Assembly: GCA_030390025.1 (NCBI GenBank)
Contig: CM059433.1
Coordinates: 6,076,001 to 6,140,000 of the forward strand
Source: Squalus acanthias
Taxonomy: Eukaryota
Direction: 5' to 3'
DNA length: 64,000 bases
Shown here: piece by piece, positions 23,378 through 35,687 of the stretch
Layout: every line of letters starts with the position of its first letter
Position numbering within the stretch: position 1 is the stretch's first letter
The notes under the pieces: generated by a model
Told to the model about the DNA's origin: nothing
Databases searched by the model: none
What the model saw: only the letters and a program-made list of their open reading frames with translations
Program-made: the position numbers and the translations under genes

Positions 23378-23676
23378 CTGGAAAAGTTGCAATTGTGTAT
23401 AGAATAAGACATTAATCAGTGATGCAAGCAGGTAGTAAATAACAGTTGAGATGTTCAAAATGTTGTCATAAACCAATCCTGAGAAGATTAAAATCAAATA
23501 GTTACCCTCATTGTGGTGCAAGCTTTAAAACAATCTCATGCATTTTTTTTTTTAAAAAGGAAAAATACAAAATTGAGTCTGCTTAACATTTCCAACCAAC
23601 TGTGTTCATTTTGTTCTTTTGTCCCCCTCACCACCACCCACCCCACCCCTCCCCCTCCCCCTTTCCCTACCCCTAC

Positions 23677-25147
23677 ACTTGCTTAAAACCTGTAATTCTC
23701 TAACTTTTGCCAGTTCTGACAAAGGGTCATCGACCTGAAACGTTAACTCTGTTTCTCTCTCCACAGATGCTGCCTGACCTGCTCAGGGACAGTCAGCATG
23801 GATTTGTTAAGGGAAGGTCGTGTCTGACTAACTTGATTGAATTTTTTGAGGAGCTAACAAGGAGGGTAGATGAGGGTAGTGCGTTTGATGTAGTGTATAT
23901 GGATTTTAGCAAGGCTTTTGACAAGGTCGCACATGGCAGACTGGTCACGAAAGTAAAAGCCCATGGGATCCAGGGCAAAGTGGCAAGTTGGATCCAAAAT
24001 TGGCTCAGAGGCAGGAAGCAAAGGGTAATGGTTGATGGGTGTTTTTGTGACTGGAAGGCTGTTTCCAGTGGGGTTCCGCAGGGCTCAGTACTGGGTCCCT
24101 TGCTTTTTGCGGTATATATCAATGATTTAGACTTCAATGTAGGGGGTATGATTAAGAAGTTTGCAGATGATACTGAAATCGGCTGTGTGGTTGATGATGA
24201 AGAAGAAAGCTGTAGACTGCAGGAAGATATCAATGGACTGGTCAGGTGGGCAGAACAGTGGCAAATGGAATTCAATCTGGAGAAATGTGAGGTAATGCAT
24301 TTGGGGAGGGCTAACAAGGCAAGGGAATACACATTAAATGGTAGGACACTGAGAAGTGTAGAGGAACAAAGGGACCTTGGAGTGCAGGTCTACAGATCCC
24401 TGAAGGTAGCAGGCCAAGTAGATAAGGTGGTTAAGAAGTCATATGGAATACTTGCCTTTATTAGTCGAGACATAGAATACAAGAGCAGGGGGGTTATGCT
24501 TGAACTGTATAAAACACTAGTTAGGCCACAGTTAGAATACTGCGTGCAGTTCTGGTCACCACATTACAGGAATGATGTGATTGCACTAGAGAGGGTACAG
24601 AGGAGATTTACGAGGATGTTGCCTGGACTGGAGAATTTTAGCTAGGAGGAAAGATTGGATAGGCTGGGTCTGTTTTCTTTGGAACAGAGGAGGCTGAGGG
24701 GAGACCTTATTGAGGTGTATAAAATTATGAGGGGGGGCCTGGATAGAGTGGACAGGAACGACCTATTTCCCTTCGCAGAGGGGTCAACAACCAGGGGGCA
24801 TAGATTTAAAGTAATTGGTAGGAGGTTAAAGGGGATTTGAGGGGAAATTTCTTCGCCCAGAGGGTGGTGGGGGTCTGGAACTCACTGCCTGAAAGGGTGG
24901 TAGAGGCAGGAACCCTCATCACATTTAAATAGTACTTGGATATGCACTTGAAGTGCCGTAACCTACAGGGCTACGGACCAAGAGCTAGAAAGTGGGATTA
25001 GGCTGGATGGCTCTTTGTTGGCCGGCGCAGACACGATGGGCTGAAATGGCCTCCTTCTGTGCTCTAATTTTCTATGATTCTATGCTGAGTATTTCCAGCA
25101 TTCTCTGTTTATATTTCAGATTTCCAGCATCCGCAGTATTTTGCTTA
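23677..25147 (+). mobile_element. Penelope-like terminal fragment (23677-23783 plus 25083-25147) split by a CR1 insertion
   Basis: Same sequence as 33883-34009 (GACCTGAAACGTTAACTCTG...GATTTCCAGCATCCGCAG). It resumes exactly after the CR1 tail with a TGCT overlap. Confidence 0.75.
23784..25084 (+). mobile_element. CR1 LINE, 5'-truncated, RT domain
   Basis: [42 protein letters not shown]. Stop at 24643; tail TCTATGATTCTATG. Confidence 0.93.
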
Positions 25148-25957
25148 TGTTCAGTTTGGGTTGGGAGGCAGTCGGACATAGGATTCAGGGTATAACAGAA
25201 AATGCTAGAAATACACAGCATGTCCATCAATATCTGAAAAGAGAAAAGACAGGTTAATGGTAACCCTTTGTCAGAGCTGATAAAGGAAAGTGGGACAGCT
25301 CCTTTATATAATTGACCGAAACAAAGAGAGCAAAGGACAGCAGGTAAACGGCAAAGGGACAGTAATGCGAACAACTTCACAGAGAGGCAGTTGATAGATT
25401 TAATAGCCTACGAACAGAATTTTTTAAACTTAGAAAGAAACTTAGTCACAGAAATTCTCAGAAATAGGAGTGCCATCCTTATTTACAGTACCAGTATCTT
25501 TTGGCTTAAATAATCATGGGAGAGGAATTTCCAAGAAATCATTCTAACTTTTCACAGGTTTGATGTTGCTCCAGATCCCACTCCCACCATACAAAGATTA
25601 ATCGTAAGTTATGTACATCTGATCCCAGAAATATGCTATGAAGAAATCGCTTACACCCCACTGACCTACAGTATTTGCACAACATAAAAGCTGATACGAA
25701 TGCAGATATATTATTTGGACAGCTATAGATAGCCATTGGGACAGAAGATATAGATTGTGTTTGCCATTTAGGTGGCTGCTGTACTTGGCTCACGTTCTCA
25801 ACAAATCCAATTCCTCCACAAACAAAATAACTTGTCCTCATTATCCAATGCTATCCACCTTGCTCCAATGTTTTCACCCTACATTCATCAACTTCCTTCA
25901 AATTACAGCCCTTGATGCGCACGACCTTTATTTCTCTCACTGCAATGACTGAGTTAA

Positions 25958-27030
25958 GGGTACGGCAATGTAGTGGTTATGGCACCGGACCAGTAACCCA
26001 GTGGTTGTGACTTCAAATCCCGTCGTGGTAAGTTATGAAATTGAATTCTGGGCATTTGTGGGCTAGCACCAGACAAGATTACCATCAAAGCTGCCAGATT
26101 GTTGTAAAGATCCAACTGTTTCACTAATGCCCTTCAGGGAAAGGAATCTGTTACCCCGTCAGTCCCACTGTGGTTGACTCTTAATGCTCTCTATAGTGAC
26201 CTAACAAGCCACCCAGTTATAAATAATTGCTACATATCACAATCGTCAAAGCAACACGGGATAAACCTATCAGCAACAACCCAGGTATCTGATCAGGAAA
26301 AGATTCCAGCAATTCCAGCCAAGCTTTCCTCACTCACATCAGGAGACTGGTGTTTAAATTGGAAGAGCTGTCCCACAAACTAGTCAAGCACAACACAGTC
26401 ATACTTGCCAAATCATATCTATCAGCTCTGCAGCACAACAGACACACTAGAAGAGGGAGGAGAGGGCACCGTAGTATAGAGATGGGAGGGGTTGGCCCTG
26501 AGAGTCCTCAACATTGACTCCAGACCCCGCAAAGTTTTATGGCTTCACATCAAACAAGGCCAAGAAAATCTCCTGCTGATTACCAACTACTACCCCCCCC
26601 CCCCTGCCCTCAATTGACAAATCAGTACTCCTCCTTGTTGAACACCACTTGGAGAAGTACAGAATGTTCCCTGGTTGGGGCACTATAATGTCCACCACCA
26701 AGAGTGCCTCAGTAGTACCACCATTGGCCGAATCCTCAAAGGACGTAGCTGCGAAATTGGACCTGCATCAGAAAGTAAAGGAACCAACACGAGCAGTTCA
26801 CAGATTAATGTCCCTGCTATTTGACTTCATATCCAGCCTTCCACCACTGGTGCACAATGGCTGCAGTACGTACTATCTACAGGAGCGTACTTCAATAGTA
26901 CGTACTATCTCACCAAGCTTACTTCAACAGTGCCTACCAGCCTAGCAACCCCAACCAATGAGAAGGACAAGAGCAGCAATATCATAGGAACATTATTACC
27001 TCCAAGTCACACACCATCCTAACTCAGACA
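25958..27030 (+). mobile_element. Degraded, internally deleted LINE with tRNA-like 5' head, APE endonuclease relic and RT-tail relic
   Basis: A-box-like GGCAATGTAGTGG and B-box-like TTCAAATCCC. Then KLEELSHKLVK..VIL..SYL, ALRVLNIDSRP and NLLLITNYYPP (EN-like). Then a 3' segment homologous to 41153-41410. Confidence 0.6.
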
Positions 27031-28493
27031 TATAGGGACAGAAATTTGTTTTGGCCCATTTTTGGGTGCAGAATGGTCGGCACGCTGGGAGCAAGAACCA
27101 GAGGCTCGAGTTTTGACCAAAATTGTGCCTTGGGCCTCATCAGCATATTTCTGGCGAGCTGTGGATGCCAATCGGGCCAATTTGAGTCAGCTGCCTTGCC
27201 GGCAATTATAAAGAAATATAAAAAAGCATATTTTGAGCTACATGCCCTCCAATAGGCAATAAAGATGTTTATTTCAGTTCTTCAAAGCATGTCTAACCAA
27301 CCTGCAAAAACATTGCCTCTTGCATGCCTCATCAACATATATAACGTCTTCCCTTTGATGCCTTCACCCTTAGTTCTTCATTATCCAATGGTATTCTTAG
27401 CCTCATCATCTCCTCTGATCTCAATTCAACATCTTATGCCCCCAAAAAACTGCCTCCAAAAAGTTTAGTTTCCTCTTTTGTGCCAAAATCTTTCAAAAAC
27501 TCAATTCAATAAAGCTACAGTCTGATCAAGGCTTGAATACTTGAAGACTCTTGACACCACCACTCCCGCACCCCGCCCCCCACCCCCCCCCCCCCCCCAC
27601 CCCAACACCCCCACTTCCTGCCCCCCAACACCCCCCGCTCCCCGGCCCCGACCAACCCACCTCTCTCCATGCTCCTGAACAGGACAAAAAGGAAAATCTT
27701 GCTGTCTGATATGTAATCTCTCTCTCTCTCTCTCTCTCTTACTTTTCTCTCTCCCATTTCAACCTTACTTCTGTTCCTCTACTCCAACATTTTTCTGGCT
27801 TCTAAAACCAAAGCTTGGTATCATCTCTAATCACTACTTCCTGATTTGATTTGTCTTCCCGTTAACTTTTGTTCAGCCCAGATTTTGCTGTTGGTGTGCT
27901 ATTTTGGAGTCACTAAGGATTTTGGAAGAATTACTGCCTGTTCCTTAAGCCTCGATATCACTATCTTTAGTTGCATATTTAGAGCATGGGACTTTGTGCC
28001 CACAGAGCAGGTTATTCAATCTAGCAATGCCAATGATTGATGTCCTTAGCAACAGCTAAATGGGCAAAACTGGCACTTAAACCCCAGCCCAGGGATTTTC
28101 TCTGCAATTTTGCTGTAGAATAGAGATAGGGAGCATGAAAATAGCATGTTTCGATGACCTTGCACAGGAGGTCCTGATTGATGAAGTGTGAGAAAGGAGT
28201 GCTGTCCTGATGGGACAGTAGAGTACCATCCTCAAAAAGGATTCTATTGTACAGATTTCAGTGGCAATCATCTGTTCCTAGTATGCATGCCACAAAGTCT
28301 ACTCTCATAACCTGAAAATCATTTTGTGCTCAACTATCCAGAGCATTAATAGAAACTTATTCTATGTTACTGGTTGTCTCCAGGTCTTCCTGAAACAGAT
28401 AATATAGCTGCTGCCCTGCCAACCTGAGCCTCTGGATTCTGTGCTCTTCAGTGATTGTCAGGTAGCTGTAGCTGTAGCTGAGCCTGACGTGTA

Positions 28494-29360
28494 GGGCTGG
28501 ATTTCACCAGCCCTGAGGAGGAGGGTTTGGAGGCGGGACTGCTGGGAAAGTCAAAAAGAATGGGAGCAGGTCCCGAACCCACTCCCAACCCGCCTCCAAC
28601 CAATCTTTCTGGGAGTCGGGACCCCGATTTGTGCAGGGACCCGACTCCTAGCAGCGGGAAGAGGATTATAGCCACTTAACTGCCTCTTAACAGGTAGTTA
28701 ACAGGCAGGTAAGAGGCTTTTCCCAATTTTTCGACTGCTGCTGTGGGCTTCCCGATGTCGGGGAACCCCACCAGGGTAAGTGAGGTGTGCTGTGGGTCTG
28801 TTGTTATGTTGGTGTTTGGATGACAGCTGCAGAAGTGGTGTGAAGGATGCAATGGGACACTGGTTAGTATCAGAGGTAAGGAAATGTTGGGAAAGTAATT
28901 TTTAATGTGGTTAGATGTTTCTGCAGGTGACAAGCTGTGAAGTGTTTGTGTAGCCTCATCTCATCGGGAGAAGTGACAGATGGCTTCTGCAATCTCAGCT
29001 GCAGCTGCCATCTGTTTTATCCTAAGGAGAGAGTAATTGGAGAGTCTGGGTTCAAGGGCTCACCTTTGTACAGTGATTGTCAGTGTTTGACAGCACCTCA
29101 ATGCTGTCAAGCACTGACAAATCATCTGTCAAACAAGTGTGGTGCATATGCCTTTAAGAAAACCAGCAGATGAAGCGTCATCAACTGACGTCATCTGACA
29201 CCGGCTTTCCCTAAATTGGCCAGCAAGCCCGCAGGGCAGGCTTAACAAGGCCAATCAGGGCAAAATAGCATCTGTTCGTCAGATGTCGCCGGGGGCAGGA
29301 CTAGAACCCGGAAGGCAACAGTCCCGCCCCCAACGCAACTCCGTGAGTAAAATCCAGCCC
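28494..29360. mobile_element. Harbinger-type non-autonomous element
   Basis: Perfect 11-bp TIR GGGCTGGATTT, exact TSD GTA. TTTAA-TGACGTCA-ATTGG module near the right end. Confidence 0.9.
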
Positions 29361-30227
29361 GTAATGTGTGGCATAGCAGCAGGTCCAGGCAGTGTGTCTC
29401 TGTTGCCATCTGACATCTGTGGCAGCCCCTCTCTTCTCTTGTTCCTCTTCCTTCACTAAGTCACGTGCCAGTGGAGCACTAAAAGCAATCCTCATTGCAG
29501 TGAACTTTCCAACTGTAAAAACAATTAATGGATGGTAATTTGGGCAAGCTCCGTTATGGGCATCTGATTCTCCCGACCTGATTTTCTTCTATACATTCTA
29601 TTTAATGCTCAAACAAAAAAGAGCAAAATCTGTCCCTAAAAATGCATGTCAGTGATAAAAAAAAAAGTTTGAACTATAATGGGATTATTTGCACCAATGA
29701 AATGGTCAATGTCTTATGGTACCCAACCAGTGGTCACAGAAAGCATCAGATAAACTGGTGGACACTGTATGGTCACACTCCACAGTCACTCAGGTGCGCA
29801 CTGAAGATGGGAACATGAGCAAGTAGTTGCATAGCAGATTTTGCCAGGCCAGTGCATTAGGTGTCAATTGTTGGAAAAAAATCCTAGTCAATTTATGTTC
29901 CTTTTTTGGGATATTCGGATAATTCCCAAATTATTCAACAGGATTCTGAAAAAATAGACATAGACTGCTTGAATTAGAAATTTGGCTAGAATTAACTTGG
30001 GTTTTTTTCTATGTCTATTTCTGTTCATATTTTGAACTCTTTTATTTATATTGTATTGAGTGGGCAATTGACAGAACTAGACTAACAGAGTCACTGGGTT
30101 AATACAAGTAATTGAAATGATAAAATTACTGTATACCTAATCGAATATTAATTACCTTCCTCACACTTCCAAACGAATCCCAGCAATGTATATTGTTAAA
30201 AAAAACTTTTAAAATCTACGGAAATAA

Positions 30228-30455
30228 ATAACAGCAATTTACATTTATATAGTGCCTTTAACGTAGAAAAACTTCCCAGGCACTTCTCAGAAGAGTAATC
30301 AGGCACAAATAGGTGCCAGGCCATAGAGAGAGATGTTAGGAGAGGTGACCAAAAGTTTTGTCAAAGAGGTGAGCTTTAAGGAGGGATTCAAGAGAGAAGA
30401 GGAAGGTAAAAAGGTCTAGGGAGGGAATTCCAGAACATGGGGCCTGGAAACAGCA
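30228..30455 (-). mobile_element. L2 LINE 3' end
   Basis: SLLKAHLFDKTFG C-terminus and L2 tail, homologous to 450-670. Confidence 0.7.
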
Positions 30456-31199
30456 GCAGTGGTTGGATAGGTGATGGAAAATGTAGTCAGGTGGAGAGGC
30501 TTCAGTAAGGGCCAAGGTGTCATCACCCATGAACCAAGATCCCATCAAAGCCACAATTGTCAATGCAATCATCCACCATGGATGGCAAGGGCCTTGTTCA
30601 CGAGCAAAAACATTCTGGAGGAAAAAGTGGAGAGGGCCAATGATTGTTGACCCGTTAGCAGAGTCCAAGGAGGCAGCAACTGATACCTTGGTGGGCCCTT
30701 CGTAGAGGTGCAGAGGGTAGATGTGGGGTTATCCCAGGGGGAGTCAAGCCTGGGCTGGGGGTAGGAGAGTAGGAAGGCAAAGGAATAGTCAAAGGTTCAT
30801 AATTCTTTGTAATTTTTTAAAAGAGTACTGGTGGTGACAGACCTAAAGATTTAATTACATAGTATATAACATACTTTATTTTTCTGACTTTCCAAATTTA
30901 GTATGGGCCTGAACAGTGGTCGATCTGTCCTTCAGTCTTGTCCTTCAGCTGTTCCGTCTTTGCTCAGTTTGGCAGACTGAAATACATCTGTCATTTGCTC
31001 AAATACCTTCCAGAATGTAATTCAATTTCATTTTCAACTTGTTGAAAGATTTGAGATCTTAGGCCAGAATGGATTTTAGGACATTCTGCTTCAAGATTTA
31101 AGTCTGGAAATTACTGTTGTTGCACTTTTCAGGAGTTAACAAAAAAGGAGGTGACAAAAAAAAGCTGCTTAACAGGTAATTTTACTGTTTTCGATGTGT

Positions 31200-32420
31200 G
31201 AGCTAAAAAGCTGTCCTTAATGTCCACACCATGCAGCCAGACAATAAGACAGAAAAGGGAGCAATTATCATTCTTAGCTCTGAACTGCATTTGGAAGCTG
31301 GTTAAACAATGGAAATATCACTTAGGTGGCCAGAGGGGGTTGTTAACTGGGTAAAATTGCTGGAGTTTTGCAAAAGGGAAGGCAGATTTACCAGCTAGCT
31401 GCTGGAAAGGAAGAGGAGAGAGGCATTTATGGGACTGGTTGTACCCACAGAAACAGCAGCAGGAATGAGAGGAAGTGACAGAAACAAGGCAGGAGCAATC
31501 AGCTATCCTAGTACCTGATGTGGCCCTCACATTGCTTAGCCCAGGGAGATCCACGACAACCAAAATCCCAAGAGGCTCTCGGTGAAAGCTTGCCACCAGC
31601 CAGAACATTTATTTCTTGCAAGTAATTTAGGTTTAAGAATCATTTACAAGGAGGAAATCCAGCAGGAGAGAGTAAAATCCACCTTAGTTAATATAGGTCA
31701 TAACATTGTGCACAGGGGCCCGAGTAGCACCGTGGACATAATCTGTGACTTCCTGGACTCTCGGAAAGCCTTGTAGATATTGCCCTCTCAAGTTGCTGCT
31801 GTTTGTCACTGAAAGTGACGAGGTCATTTCCACTGCTGAAGGATGAATCTGTGACCTCTTTGATACATCTGCGGACAGCAAACTAACCAATACTGCAGAT
31901 AGAAAGAAAGAACGAAAGAAAGACTTGCATTTATACAGCGCCTTTCACGACCATCGGACGTCTCAAAGCGCTTTACAGCCAATGAAGTACTTTTGGAGTG
32001 TAGTCACCATTGTAATGTCCCTAATACTAGCCTGGAAGAAGCTCAATCCCTAAAAATTGGGGAGCAAGTTGACTTTTATGGCCACTGGCAGAGTTGTGCA
32101 GATGTCAACATGCTGCATGGAGGCCTTCCTGAAGGAGGTGGCAAAGCTCTGTCGCAGCCTCCCTGATAAACCTGAGCCTCTTGAGGCATATTTCTTCTGG
32201 CATTCCCAGAGAGCTTTGTCTATTACAGTCGTTGCACTGTGGCGCACAGCAGCAGAATCTGATGGTGCACCATGCAGGCCACCTGCCATTACAGGGCAGT
32301 CCTTTCCTGCTCTTGCTGCCTTCCTGTGTCAAGGCCAGTGCTGGTGGAGCACTAAATACAATCCCCATAAAATTAGCAGCAGCTCACCATTTATTAAAGA
32401 TTCCATGGACTGCAGCCTCT
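31200..32420 (-). pseudogene. Ancient Harbinger transposase relic, interrupted by a DeuSINE tail (31900-32018)
   Basis: EEICLKRLRFIREAATELCHLLQ, TLPVAIKV and QGFPRVQEVTDYVHGATRAP in different frames. Confidence 0.7.
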
Positions 32421-32763
32421 GTAGCAATGCCAGTTTAGTATGGGGATGAGCAATCTATTGTACATGTTATGCGTTAGCACTGCAATATCAAGAACTGTGC
32501 TATTTATAAGCTTTTACGCTGGAAAAATGAAGGACAATGACTCTCATGCATGTCTTCAGTGTTGTAGCATTCAGACTCAGCTTTCACCTCACAACAGTTA
32601 TGTACCTTTTGAAGCCAATACTCTTTGAGGGCTCTGAAACTGACATTGAATAAATGATTGTTCAATAACACGTGAATTGTGCAAGCAATTTCTAGGCTTT
32701 GGCGATAACGTCTAAATGGAAGTGCTCTCAGTGATTTGTCGAGATAAAACAAATATTACGTAC

Positions 32764-32861
32764 CTAAGGACAGATTCAACAAAAACCCTTAAAGCCTTTA
32801 TGTGAATCCAGGCAATATATGCTTCGCTAAAATTAACTTTTAGCCAACGCAGCAAAGGACC
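32764..32861 (-). CDS. ATP6V1C2: V-ATPase subunit C exon ([33 protein letters not shown])
   Basis: Acceptor tttccag, donor gtacgt, 98 nt. Highly conserved motif. Confidence 0.96.
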
Positions 32862-33521
32862 CTGGAAATGCAAATAATATAAAATTAAGTAATAAATTTA
32901 GGTAGGCATGTCTTATTGAAACTAAAGTATATTTGTCACAATTCTTTTTTTTTGATATCTACGTGCTACTTGGTCCAAGGAATTTTATTCACTCATATTT
33001 CGAATCATACCACACATGTAAGGGCTGATATTCATGTCCTTAATGCTTCACGTGGACCAATTCACCGGGTACAATGGATCAGAAAAAGGGTGGAGATTCA
33101 TAATGTCAGGTGTCTGCCCTTTTTGTGTGTGGTGTGTATTTAAGGTGGGTTGGGGAGAGTGGGCCAAGCAGTGGAAGCCCCCCACCTCAGAGAGGAAGCA
33201 AGTTGAAAAGGCCGACTAAAAAGATTCATTCAACACTTTTAAGATCATTTCTGCACCATTTTATTCTTCTGGAACTTAGCTTCTTATAAGCATTTGTGAC
33301 AATTACACTATTACTGGCACCAATGGGTTTACCAATATGAATCCCTCCATTTGATATGTTTGGAAGAAGACGAGGACTAATAGAGGGATAACAAGCAGGT
33401 CAGGCTGTACAAGAGGTGCACTATGGCTACCTGTTGGTGCTCACATACCCATATCTGCAGAGGTGATCATACCTCACTGCCAGGCAATTCTTACATGGAG
33501 AGGCTCCAGTTCTCAAGGCTG

Positions 33522-33597
33522 GTTGGAATAGATATGTGTGAAAACTTGATTAACCATTACACTGGTCAATCAGGCCTTCACACATATCTATTCCAAC
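33522..33597 (-). repeat. 76-nt hairpin (35-bp stem, 6-nt loop), pre-miRNA-like
   Basis: GTTGGAATAGATATGTGTGAA and its exact reverse complement, with further inner pairing. Confidence 0.85.
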
Positions 33598-33882
33598 AAC
33601 ATGTCCCGCTTTACACAATGCTGCATGAAAAAAGAATATCAGCGTGATCTGCAGCCAACAAAGACTGATTGGTTTGCACCTGCAAAAGATGCCACCAACC
33701 ATATTGTTGCATCGACACAGCAACAGCTGTAGGGAACTGTCTTCAAAGGGTCCAGGCCAGCAGAGAGCAAGATGCAAAATGATGCTCTCTGCTGTAAGGG
33801 CACCTGTTGCTAACATGCAGCGTAGGAAAAGCAAGGTCAGTGACCGTACCAGTCAACTGCAGCCTTAAGCCTGCCTCTATCT

Positions 33883-34009
33883 GACGAAAGGTCTTCGACC
33901 TGAAACGTTAACTCTGTTTCTCTCTCCACGGATGCTGCCTGGCCTGCTGAGTTTTTCCAGCGTTTTCTGTTGTTATTTCGGATTTCCAGCATCCGCAGTA
34001 TTTTGCTAT
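33883..34009 (+). mobile_element. Penelope-like 3' fragment with hammerhead core
   Basis: 11-bp TSD TGCCTCTATCT (33872-33882, 34010-34020). Core CTGACGA-A-AGGTC-TTC-GACCT-GAAACGTT. Confidence 0.8.
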
Positions 34010-34614
34010 TGCCTCTATCTCCTCCCTGGCATGCTGCACTTAGAGTGGCACAGAGGGCAAGCCACCTTGTAACCACCTCATGCAGCGCCCATTGCATGGG
34101 TTGAGATGCTGGACTGCTCAGTCACTTGCCTGCTGATTCAAGGCTGTACCTTTGGTTTACTTTCACTTTATTTTTGTTTGTCACTTAAATCTCCTGCACC
34201 TTCAGCTTTGAAAAAAGTTGCTAATGGATGGAGATGGTTTTTAAGGCTTTCAGAAATTTGATCACTCTATTGTGCCTCTTCTTTTTATTCTCCTCATCCC
34301 TTACACCCAATTTTCTACTGTCGCCACTCTTGTGCTCCCTACACCCACCTAAGTCTGCTCGTGGATCTGTGAGTAATTATGCAAATTAACTGACCCACAA
34401 ACTGTGAGTACCACCAGCACCAGTTCATAACCATTTAGAACTGACTTACACCAGCGGACAAAGATCAGCCCCGTGGACTCTAAATTAGTGGCTTATTTGC
34501 AAAAGTTTATCTTTAACCACTGCCACTTTTCAACTGTCAAAGTTTCACCAAGCAGCAGCTGATGGCAAAAAGCCTTTAACCCTTCTGCCCTCTAACAAGA
34601 TTCAATGGGGGGGG

Positions 34615-34800
34615 GGGGTGAAATTGGCCACCGCCAATAGTGCGAAACAGGCTCACAGTGAACCGACCGCCCATTTGATACCGCGCCCCATTTTCTTTTC
34701 CGTTGAAGTCAATGGAAAGGACAATTGGGTGTGGTGTAAAACAGGTTGCCAATTCAGTATCAGCCTGGTTTATGCTACTGGAGGTGGCCAATTTCACCCC
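34615..34800. mobile_element. Short Harbinger-type MITE with 26-bp TIR
   Basis: GGGGTGAAATTGGCCACC(G/T)CCA(A/G)TAG at both ends, central TTGAAGTCAATGG. Similar short elements at 15339, 42819-43003, 50026-50183, 51329, 53578-53735 and 55241-55362. Confidence 0.85.
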
Positions 34801-35687
34801 TAGTATGTAGCACATTTCTCACTCTCAGTGAACCTGCCTTGTCCATTGTTGGCATTGATTGTAACCATTTGAAAGTGTCATATTTTCTTGTAATTTATAG
34901 TGCTTGCCTAATAATTATGGCATGGGCAAGATAGATGATGAGAGCTGAAATTCCTCAGGAGGGTTTTTAGGAGTGGATCTGGGGCTGGGAAGAACTGATG
35001 GATGTGACCTTGACCCTGTCCCAGATTCCTGGGGCCAGGAATATTAGCATTTTGTGGCCAGGTGCCCATGCCATTTTCAGCATAACTAGTGTGCTCGTCT
35101 CACTGGACAGAGGGGAGGGGGGTTTACTGCGGCATATAGTTGCAGCGTAAGTCGTGTCGCTGTGCCAACTGATGATCGAGAATTTTTTTTAAACCAATCT
35201 GAATTTAAAGTTGCTGCTTTCCTAATGGCAATCGATTGTAAATATCACTGCCTCCACTGACCTGGCAAGCAAGTATGCCTGCTTCATGCAGGTATATGTT
35301 GCAGTGGGGAAAGTGAGGTGGAATTGGCGGGAATTCTGACAGATAACGTTATCCTGCCCAGTCGCGTCTCTTTCTATGATGTCTGTATGGAAGGAGATGG
35401 ATGCAAGAACTGCTCACCACCATTTCCAGTGGAATCTGGAAACCTAGTAGAAAAGGGGCAGCGACTTGACGTAACGAGATGCCACCCCCAAATTCCACCC
35501 ATTATCGTCCAAGGAGTTGAAAATTTAACCCTCTGAAGCTTATAGAAAATGAAGCGCCAACTGACGTAAGCTTATATAACTCACTAATCTTGGAGTTACA
35601 TAGCTGAAGTCACTCAATGGTTTATTGTTCAATCCACCAAATTTTGTATTCTCTTTGAAATTGAAACGAAATATTTCAAAATCTTGA

